Below are positions 8,914-16,437 of a stretch of DNA of 64,000 bases, piece after piece (within the stretch, counting starts at the first letter, position 1; every line of letters begins with the position of its first letter). The DNA is taken from positions 160,001 through 224,000 of the forward strand of contig CAVYTU010000008.1 of assembly GCA_963771465.1 (NCBI GenBank). The letters are read 5' to 3'. A program made the translations under genes and the position numbers. The notes under the pieces are model-generated. The model was given only the letters and a program-made list of their open reading frames with translations. It did no database searches and was not told the origin of the DNA. The stretch is from an uncultured delta proteobacterium (GTDB taxonomy: Bacteria > Desulfobacterota > Binatia > UBA9968).

Positions 8914-11280
8914 TTACTTCGCCTGCGCTTTCTCGATGAGGGCCAATATTCTGTCCGGCGTGAGCGGCGTGGCGCGAATTTTTACGCCCAGCGGGCTCAA
9001 CGCATCTTCCACCGCGTTGCACAGCGCCGGCGGCGGTCCGAGCATGCCGGTCTCGCCCGCGCCCTTGGCGCCCAGCGGCGTGAAGGGATTGGGCGTGACG
9101 ATATGTTCCAACATCAGCGGCGGCACCTCTTCGGCGGACGGCAGCCGGTAATCCATGAAAGTCGAAGTTAGCAACTGGCCGTCTTCGTCATAACGAATCT
9201 CTTCATAGAGCGCCGCGCCGATGCCTTGCATGATCGAGCCCTGCTGTTGGGTGTCGACGATCTGCGGGTTGATCATGTTGCCGCAGTCGTGCACCGTCGC
9301 GTAGTTGACGATCTTGATCATGCCGGTTTCCACATCGACGTCGACCACCGCGATCACCGCGGCGTAGGGATAACTGGAAAACGTATTCATGCGTCCCTTG
9401 GCGTCCGGCGTGTAGTCGATATTGGGATTGATGAAATAGCCGGTGACTTCCAAACCGGGCTCCATGTTTTCCGGCAATAGATGGATCGCGCCGTAGGCGG
9501 TGCGGACAATTTCCATGACCGCGATGGACTGCGCCGAATTTTCTTTCGCAAACACCTTGCCGGCGCCGATCTCCAGCTTTTCCGGAACGACATTCAACTG
9601 CCGCGCGGCGATGCCGAGCAGCTTGTCGCGCATCAGTTTGCCGGCCACCCACGCCGACGGCATGAGCACCACCGATGATCGGCTGCTGCCGGTGCCGAAA
9701 CCGTAGGGCGTCGGCAAGGTATCGCCGTGCACCACCGTGATCTTGTCGAAAGGAATTCCCGTTTGGCTCGAAACGATCTGCGCGATCGTCGTCTCATGTC
9801 CCTGCCCTTGCTCGCCCATGCTGGAAAAAACCGTCGCCGCGCCGGTGGGATCGATGCGCAGGCGGCACGACGCGTAACCGCCGGTGGCGTGGATGCGGCT
9901 CGAGCTGGTCGGTTCCATCACCAGCGCGACGCCGATGCCGCGATAGATGCCTTGCTTGCGCAGCTCGATTTGCTCGCTGCGTAACTTCTCGTACCCCGCC
10001 ATCTCGGCCGCGCGCTGCATGGCCAGATGATACTGGCCGCTATCATAAAGCGCACCGGTCGGGTTGCGATAGGGAAAGGCATCGGCGGGAATGAAATTTT
10101 TCATGCGAATGTCGATGGGGTCCATCTCCAATTCCCGCGCGGCGATATCGACCAGCCGTTCGAGAATATACGCCGCGTCGGCTTTGCCGATGCCGCGCAG
10201 CGATCCGTGGGTGGTCTTGTTGGTCGACACGCCGAAGGCCGTCACTTCGTAGTTTTGAATTTGGTAAACCCCGGTCATATAGAGCCAGGCGGCCTGGATC
10301 GAGTGATCGACGGTATAGGTCGAGCCCATGTCGGCGATGATCTTGTCGCGGATCGCCAGCATGGTGCCGTCTTTCTTGAGCGCCATCTCGACGTAATGAA
10401 TCTGATCGCGGCCATGGCGGCCGTTGCGCATATGCTCGACCCGGGTCTCGCACCATTTGATCGGCCGGTTCAAATCGCGCGACAGCAGCGGCAGCAATAA
10501 TTCTTCCTGGTAAGTTTGTATCTTGACGCCGAACGAACCGCCGACATCCGGCGCGATCACCCGGCATTTGCCCTCGGGGAATTCCATTATTTCGGCGATG
10601 CGCGATTTGAGCGAATGGGGATTGGCCGTCGCCGACCACATGGTCAGGCTGTCTTCGTCTTTATTGAAGTGCGCCAGATATGCGCGCGGCTCGATGGGGC
10701 ACGCGGTGATGCGGTGGCTGCGAATTTTCTCCTTGATGACGATTTCGGCATCTTGAAAAATCTTTTCAATGCCGTCTGTCGCGAAGTGATGCTTGTAGAC
10801 GATATTGCTGCCGACATCGTCGTGCACCGGCTGGGCGCCGGGCTCCATGGCCGCTTCGGTGTCGATGACCACCGGTAACATTGCATAGTCCACCGACACC
10901 GCCTCGGTCGCGTCTTCGGCGAGATAACGGTTGTCGGCGACGACCACCGCGACCGGCTCGCCGAAGTAACGCACCTTCTCCACCGCCAGCGGATAGAGCT
11001 TCACTTCACGCAAGAGCGAACTGCCACCAACCCGCAACGGCTTCACCCGCTTGGCGATCTCGGCGCCGGTATAAACCGCGCGCACGCCGGGCATCGTCCG
11101 CGCCGCCGTGACATCGATGGATTTTATCCGCGCGTGGGCGCAGGAGCTGCGCACAAACGATACATGCAGCGTCCCGGCCGGCAACAGATCGTCGACGTAG
11201 CGCCCGGTGCCGGTGATGAAGCGCTCGGTTTCTTTTCTACGAACTCGCTCGCCAATCGGCGGATGGATCGGAAATTCCAT
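8914..11280 (-). CDS. Xanthine dehydrogenase-family molybdopterin-binding large subunit (CoxL-like, not form I CODH)
   Basis: G.GRYVDD, RS..AHARI, PDVGGSFGVK, QGQGHETT, GSSRS and AKGAGETG motifs; active-site loop SLRGIGK. Confidence 0.9.
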   Translation of the reverse strand: MEFPIHPPIGERVRRKETERFITGTGRYVDDLLPAGTLHVSFVRSSCAHARIKSIDVTAARTMPGVRAVYTGAEIAKRVKPLRVGGSSLLREVKLYPLAVEKVRYFGEPVAVVVADNRYLAEDATEAVSVDYAMLPVVIDTEAAMEPGAQPVHDDVGSNIVYKHHFATDGIEKIFQDAEIVIKEKIRSHRITACPIEPRAYLAHFNKDEDSLTMWSATANPHSLKSRIAEIMEFPEGKCRVIAPDVGGSFGVKIQTYQEELLLPLLSRDLNRPIKWCETRVEHMRNGRHGRDQIHYVEMALKKDGTMLAIRDKIIADMGSTYTVDHSIQAAWLYMTGVYQIQNYEVTAFGVSTNKTTHGSLRGIGKADAAYILERLVDIAARELEMDPIDIRMKNFIPADAFPYRNPTGALYDSGQYHLAMQRAAEMAGYEKLRSEQIELRKQGIYRGIGVALVMEPTSSSRIHATGGYASCRLRIDPTGAATVFSSMGEQGQGHETTIAQIVSSQTGIPFDKITVVHGDTLPTPYGFGTGSSRSSVVLMPSAWVAGKLMRDKLLGIAARQLNVVPEKLEIGAGKVFAKENSAQSIAVMEIVRTAYGAIHLLPENMEPGLEVTGYFINPNIDYTPDAKGRMNTFSSYPYAAVIAVVDVDVETGMIKIVNYATVHDCGNMINPQIVDTQQQGSIMQGIGAALYEEIRYDEDGQLLTSTFMDYRLPSAEEVPPLMLEHIVTPNPFTPLGAKGAGETGMLGPPPALCNAVEDALSPLGVKIRATPLTPDRILALIEKAQAK

Positions 11281-11333
11281 GGTGTCCTTGTTGGTTTATC
11301 GGTTTGAAAAGTTTCAATCACTCAAAACGGGGC

Positions 11334-11504
11334 AAATCCCCCTTAATCCCCCTTTTTCAAAGGGGGACACAAATGCAATGCGTGCTCACAGGGCAGCGTG
11401 CGACAGCCGCCGTTCCGATTCCTCCCTTTTGTAAAGGGAGGTTAGGAGGGATTTTCAGGCTTTGATTCATAATCATCTCAGGCTCTCATCCACCGCGCGA
11501 AAAA
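11334..11504. repeat. ~170-bp direct repeat A (REP-like hairpin pair plus last codons of DUF559 gene)
   Basis: Aligns along its length with 11841..12010. Confidence 0.9.
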
Positions 11505-11835
11505 TGACTTGTGTGACAGACTCCAGTTCCAACAGGACTTGCCGATCGTCGAAGCGCAATACTTTAAGCCCGCTCTCCTCCAGACTCTCGCTACGTTGTC
11601 TATCATATCGCGCTTGTGCGACGTCCAAATGGTGCGCGCCATCCACTTCGATCACCAGCCGCGCCGTCGGTGCATAGAAATCGACAATGTAGTTGCCGAT
11701 GGGTTTTTGCCGATAGAATTGAATGCCGAGGATTTGTTTTCCTCTCAGGCGACTCCACAGTCGTTGTTCCGCGTCGGTAAGGTGCGTTCGTAGCGTGCGC
11801 GCTCTCGTTTTGAGTTGTGGATTGTAATTGAGCAT
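11473..11835 (-). CDS. DUF559 / Vsr-like endonuclease domain protein
   Basis: ARTLR..LTDAEQRLWSRLR, FYRQKPIGNYIVDFY, LVIEVDGAHH, D..R...L...GLKVLRF. Confidence 0.92.
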   Translation of the reverse strand: MLNYNPQLKTRARTLRTHLTDAEQRLWSRLRGKQILGIQFYRQKPIGNYIVDFYAPTARLVIEVDGAHHLDVAQARYDRQRSESLEESGLKVLRFDDRQVLLELESVTQVIFRAVDESLR

Positions 11836-11840
11836 TCAAG

Positions 11841-12010
11841 AAAATCCCCCTTGGTCCCCCTTTTTCAAAGGGGGATAAACAAACAATGTGCGCTCGAAGG
11901 GTAATGTGCGACAGCCGGCGTTCCTATTCCTCCCTTTTGTAAAGGGAGGTTAGGAGGGATTTCAGGCTGTGATTCATAATCATCTCAGGCTCTCATCCAG
12001 CGCGCGAAAA
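11841..12010. repeat. ~170-bp direct repeat B (REP-like hairpin pair plus orphan DUF559 3' tail)
   Basis: Contains TCATAATCATCTCAGGCTCTCATCCA.CGCGCGAAAAA, the 3' end of DUF559. Confidence 0.9.
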
Positions 12011-12096
12011 AACCATCGCGTCCATCGCGTCGTCGGTCATGATCAAGAAACGATCGCCTTTTTGCACCATGATGCACTCCTGGAGTTCGAGCCAAT

Positions 12097-13512
12097 TTAA
12101 TCTTCCCCCAAAAACTTGCCCCACTTGGCGTTGGTCTCTTTTACCAACTCTTCGGCGATCTGTGTGGTGGCGGGAAACTCATCGATCCAATGATAGGGAC
12201 GGCAGGCGTCGATGATCGCCACCGAGCCGGTGTAATCCGCCACTTCTTTTTTATTTTTCGGCAAGCGCGGATCGATTTTGTAGCTCCAAATGCGCCGCGA
12301 GATATCCACCGAGGTTTCGGGATCGCAGCGCGTCGCGATCGCCCACAGCACTTGTTCGAGATTATACGGGTCGATATCTTCGTCGACGACGATGACGAAT
12401 CGGCCGTGATAACCCGCGGTCCCGCCGATGGCGCCGTGAGCGGCGCGCATGGCATGGCCGGGATAAGCCTGCTTGAGCGAGATGATGCACATGCCCCAGG
12501 AATAGTTGATCGCTTTGATGTCCGGAATGCCAAGCGCTTCGAGCTCGTTCCAGACCAGGATTCCGCGCGAAGTGAGAATGCCGCGGCTGGTGCCCAAAAA
12601 CGGCGGAGCGCCGAGTATGATCGGGTTGTTACGATAGAGAATGCTTTTGATGATCGTGACCGGCGCCGGCCGCGCGCCGCCGCCGTAGTAACCGGAAAAT
12701 TCACCGAACGGTCCTTCGACCTCCAAGCCGGCGTCGGGCGGCAACATCTCGCCCTCCAAGACGACTTCTGCGGACGCAGGAATCGGTAAATCCGTGAACT
12801 CGCCTTTGGTGACTTCCACCGGCGCGCCGCGCATCCAACCGGCGTAGCCGTATTCCGCCGCGCCCCAAGTCAGGTTGGTGCCGGCGGCGATCAACAGCGC
12901 CGGGTCTTGACCCAGCGAGATCGCCACCGGGCAAGGCTTGCCCTTTGCCCAATATTTTTTTCTGATCACGTCGCCGTGGTGGCCCGAGCCGATGTGGGCG
13001 ACCATCTTATTTTTGCCGAGCAACATGTAGCGATACGAGCCGACGTTGACATAGCCCGACTCGGGATCGCGGGTCACCGATGAAGTCGCGCAAATATACG
13101 GGCCGCCGTCCCGTTGATGCCACTTGGGCCACGGGAAGCGGGTCAGATCGACGTCGCCGCCGACCATGACGTTTTCTTTGACCGGTCCGTCCTTAACTTC
13201 CTTGGGCTCGATGGGCGCGAACTCTTTGGAGTGGTTCTTCCAATAGAGCACCGCTTCAGGATCGGTGAGATCGTTGGATACGCCGAAGACCATCCGCTCG
13301 CGCATGCTGTTGGCGACGAAATTGGTCAGCACGCGAAAGCCCTTGGGAAAACCCTTGATCGAGTCGAACAGCACCGCCGGGCAGGATTTCTTGAACGACG
13401 CGACTTCAGTAATCGCGCCGATTTCCAGCTCGCAGCTCGCGCCTTCGACGGTTTTGAGCTGTCCCAGCTCGTCGATGGTGGAAATAAAATGTCTAAGGTC
13501 GTTGAATTTCAC
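12097..13512 (-). CDS. UbiD-family (prFMN-dependent) decarboxylase
   Basis: EIGAI, DGGPYI, NVGSYR, EGPFGEF (ExxxxE), VDEDIDP, WAIATRCDP and IIDACRP motifs. Confidence 0.92.
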   Translation of the reverse strand: MKFNDLRHFISTIDELGQLKTVEGASCELEIGAITEVASFKKSCPAVLFDSIKGFPKGFRVLTNFVANSMRERMVFGVSNDLTDPEAVLYWKNHSKEFAPIEPKEVKDGPVKENVMVGGDVDLTRFPWPKWHQRDGGPYICATSSVTRDPESGYVNVGSYRYMLLGKNKMVAHIGSGHHGDVIRKKYWAKGKPCPVAISLGQDPALLIAAGTNLTWGAAEYGYAGWMRGAPVEVTKGEFTDLPIPASAEVVLEGEMLPPDAGLEVEGPFGEFSGYYGGGARPAPVTIIKSILYRNNPIILGAPPFLGTSRGILTSRGILVWNELEALGIPDIKAINYSWGMCIISLKQAYPGHAMRAAHGAIGGTAGYHGRFVIVVDEDIDPYNLEQVLWAIATRCDPETSVDISRRIWSYKIDPRLPKNKKEVADYTGSVAIIDACRPYHWIDEFPATTQIAEELVKETNAKWGKFLGED

Positions 13513-13973
13513 TTGCTACTCCTATCGTAGGTTTTTGTAACGAGACTTGTCGTTGCGCATGATCGTCACTTTGATCGGCATGCCGCGCGACGCCCGACAC
13601 GAAAGCCGGCAGCGCTCGGTCGCCGCCTCTTGCTGCAATCTTCACATCTAGCTAATCGCTTCAATATAATTGCGGCGGTAAAAACGCAATCCTACTTTCG
13701 TCTCGGAATGCTGAAAAAACTCGTGACAGGTTTGGCGCACGGTTCCGCCGGATCGACATGCGGCAGATGGTCGGCACTCGCAAGCGTTACTTAACTGCGA
13801 ACCGGCAATGGTCTGATGAAAACTCTTCCTGCGCCATGGTGGCGCCAGCGGATACGACGGCGCTTATTTTCGGTGAAAGCCTGATAGCCGAACGGCTCGG
13901 CTTGAGAAGTGGATTGGGGGCGGGATTTCGTCCCGAGTTCAGAAGCCTAATTGGAACTCTTCGTATTTGATCG

Positions 13974-15152
13974 TCAATCGCCTTTGACATTTACAATTTG
14001 TTTCAACGTGTGATCGACTTTCACGAGCTCTTTTGAATTCTCCATGACTTCATCGATGTCTTTGTAGGCCATCGGTAATTCGTCGATCAATTTGGCCGAG
14101 TGTCGGCATTCGATTCCGACCATGGCTTTTTTGAAATCCGCCATGTTGAAGCGCCGGCGTGCCTCACCGCGTGAAAATCTTCGCCCTGCACCATGCGGCG
14201 CGGAATGATAAGCCATCTGGTTTTCGAGGCCGGAGACAATGTAACTCCTCGTTCCCATCGACCCGGGAATCACTCCCTTCTGCCCGGCTTTCATTTGAAT
14301 CGCGCCTTTGCGGGTAACCCAAACATTTTCGTTGAAGTGGTTTTCTCTTTGGGTGAAATTATGGTGGCAGTTGATCCGCTCCAGTTCGATTTCCTTTTGA
14401 TGGCCGTCCTCTTTGTAAAATAAATACGAGAGCTCGGTCATGACTCGGTCCATCATTTCTTCGCGATTGAGCAGCGCGAAGTCCTGGGCCCAGAGAAGAT
14501 CGGTTATATAATGATTAAACTCAGCTCTATTCTCCGAAAGATAAGCCAGATCTCGGTCCTTAAGTTGAATCGACTTTTCCTCCATGATCTTTTGCGCGAT
14601 CTTAATGTGTTTCATGGCGAGTTTATTGCCTATCCCGCGCGATCCGGAATGAAGCACGACCCAGACCTGATCCGATTCGTCGAGAGATATTTCGATGAAA
14701 TGGTTGCCGGAGCCTAACGAGCCGACTGCCTCCGTCCACTTCTTATCCACCGCATCGTAATCGCTTTTCGCCGCGCGTTTGAGCTGGAGAACTCGTTTCT
14801 CGGCGCTGTCGGTAAGTTGTCGATTGAATTTGCCCGCGCCTAGAGGGATGCGGCGCTCGATCCCTGTCCTGACTTTTTCCAGGGTCTCGGGTAGGTCTTT
14901 GGCGAAAAATTTGGTCTTGACCGCGATCATGCCGCAACCGATATCAACACCGACTGCCGCGGGAATCACTGCTCCTTTTGTCGCGATCACAGACCCAACC
15001 GTAGCGCCTTTGCCCAAATGACAGTCCGGCATGACGGCAATGTGTTTGAATATGAATGGCAGTTGGGAAATATTTTCGAGCTGCTGCTTGGCGCTAGGCT
15101 CGATTGTCTTCGGGTCCAGAAATGTTACGATTTTGTCGTTTATTTTTTCCAT
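13974..15152 (-). CDS. rtcB: RtcB-family RNA ligase
   Basis: MPDCHLGKG, VGVDIGCGM, GSGNHF, LHSGSRG, CHHN, HGAGR and ELPMAYKDI motifs. Confidence 0.93.
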   Translation of the reverse strand: MEKINDKIVTFLDPKTIEPSAKQQLENISQLPFIFKHIAVMPDCHLGKGATVGSVIATKGAVIPAAVGVDIGCGMIAVKTKFFAKDLPETLEKVRTGIERRIPLGAGKFNRQLTDSAEKRVLQLKRAAKSDYDAVDKKWTEAVGSLGSGNHFIEISLDESDQVWVVLHSGSRGIGNKLAMKHIKIAQKIMEEKSIQLKDRDLAYLSENRAEFNHYITDLLWAQDFALLNREEMMDRVMTELSYLFYKEDGHQKEIELERINCHHNFTQRENHFNENVWVTRKGAIQMKAGQKGVIPGSMGTRSYIVSGLENQMAYHSAPHGAGRRFSRGEARRRFNMADFKKAMVGIECRHSAKLIDELPMAYKDIDEVMENSKELVKVDHTLKQIVNVKGD

Positions 15153-15284
15153 AACTTTATTGTACCAAACGGTTCGGCAATCCGAAGGGGATCAACGATG
15201 GCGACCCCTGCGATAAAATTTGCTAAAGGATCGCTATGCCCGCTGCCAGACCTTCCCCAGCAGGTTGCTGAAAAAAGGCTTCTT

Positions 15285-15412
15285 GCAGGCTGCTCAAAAA
15301 GATCCAGAGGCGAGGCGCGCGAAAAATCGACGAGCGGAGGCGTACATCGGCAGTACGTTGACGCGAGGCGATTGAGCGGAACGAAGCATATGGGTCTTTT
15401 TCAGCAGCCTGC
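15285..15412. mobile_element. MITE-like element with 22-bp terminal inverted repeats
   Basis: GCAGGCTGCTCAAAAAGATCCA ... TGGGTCTTTTTCAGCAGCCTGC (20/22 complementary). A further partial end, CAGGTTGCTGAAAAAA, lies just upstream. Confidence 0.7.
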
Positions 15413-15422
15413 GAGCGAGGGA

Positions 15423-16253
15423 ATAATCGTTCATCTGATCGACGGCACCTACGAGTTGTTCCGCCACTTTTACGGCCTGCGCCGCTTCAACAAGGGCGAG
15501 GATAAGCCCTTCGGCGCGGTGATCGGCGTGCTCAATACCGTTTTGCAGATGATCGAGACCGGCGCGACTCACGTCGGTGTGGCCACCGATCACGTCATCG
15601 AGTCTTTTCGCAATGCTCTCTGGTCCGACTACAAGACCGGCGCCGGCATCGAGCCCGCGCTGCTCGCCCAATTCCACCCGCTCGAAGACGCGCTCACGGC
15701 GATGGGTGTGGCTGTCTGGCCGATGATCGAGCTCGAGGCCGACGACGCGCTTGCCTCCGCGGCGCAGATCGCCGCCGAAGACGAGAGAGTGCAGAAAGTT
15801 TCCATCTGGACGCCCGACAAGGATCTGGCGCAGTGCGTTCGCGGCGACCGAGTCGTGCAGGTTGACCGCAGAAGTCAGAAGATCCGCGATGCCGCAGGAG
15901 TGCGCGAAAAGTTCGGCGTGGAGCCCGCCCTGATTCCCGACTTTCTCGCGCTCGTCGGCGACGCCGCCGACGGCTATCCAGGCATTCCGGGGATCGGCGC
16001 GGTCAGCGCCGCGCGGCTCCTGAATAAACACGGCATCATCGAGGACTTCCCAGCCACAGTATTGGGAGACAAACGCGAGCTCGCGTTATTGTTCAAGCGC
16101 CTCGCAACGCTCCGAACCGACGCGCGCCTCTTCCGCAACGTGGACGAGCTGCGCTGGCGCGGCCCGACCGACGCATTCGCCGCGTGTGTGGAGCGGTTGG
16201 GAGACCCACGTCTGCTGCAGCGCTGTCTTGCGGCACAAAAGGTAACTCAATAG
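15423..16253 (+). CDS. 5'-3' exonuclease / flap endonuclease (stand-alone PolI N-terminal domain, Xni-like)
   Basis: VHLIDGTYELFR, FRN..YK, LEADDAL, DKDLAQ and ALVGDAADGYPGIPGIG motifs. The conserved domain begins at an ATA codon, so the true start is uncertain. Confidence 0.88.
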   Translation: MIVHLIDGTYELFRHFYGLRRFNKGEDKPFGAVIGVLNTVLQMIETGATHVGVATDHVIESFRNALWSDYKTGAGIEPALLAQFHPLEDALTAMGVAVWPMIELEADDALASAAQIAAEDERVQKVSIWTPDKDLAQCVRGDRVVQVDRRSQKIRDAAGVREKFGVEPALIPDFLALVGDAADGYPGIPGIGAVSAARLLNKHGIIEDFPATVLGDKRELALLFKRLATLRTDARLFRNVDELRWRGPTDAFAACVERLGDPRLLQRCLAAQKVTQ

Positions 16254-16437
16254 ACTGTTCCGTCCAAAAATCGCGAGAGGATATCGTTGAGGAAAGATTA
16301 TCAAGATTATGTATGTCCGCCTTTCATGAGCTTGCTATAGGTGTATTTACGGTAAAAAATTAGAGGGTGTGCACGCCGTCAGCCGTTTTGTGAACTAATT
16401 CCTCTCACCCGGCCACACGTGCAGATGAGAGGAAGGT

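Noticed and set aside
8914-11280. Aerobic CO dehydrogenase (coxL form I)
   Set aside because: It lacks the AYXCSFR loop and cox accessory genes, and the gene order is not MSL.
7129-12010. CRISPR or guide-RNA array formed by the hairpin repeats
   Set aside because: Copies are dispersed inverted pairs without regular unique spacers, and no cas genes are present.
13810-13882. CTGATGA...GAAA downstream of rtcB suggesting a hammerhead ribozyme
   Set aside because: No convincing stem II or stem I/III pairing could be built around the core.
13758-13970. Short ORF with DTT..FG..GLG resembling an IS4 transposase fragment
   Set aside because: Similarity is too short, and no IS ends were found.
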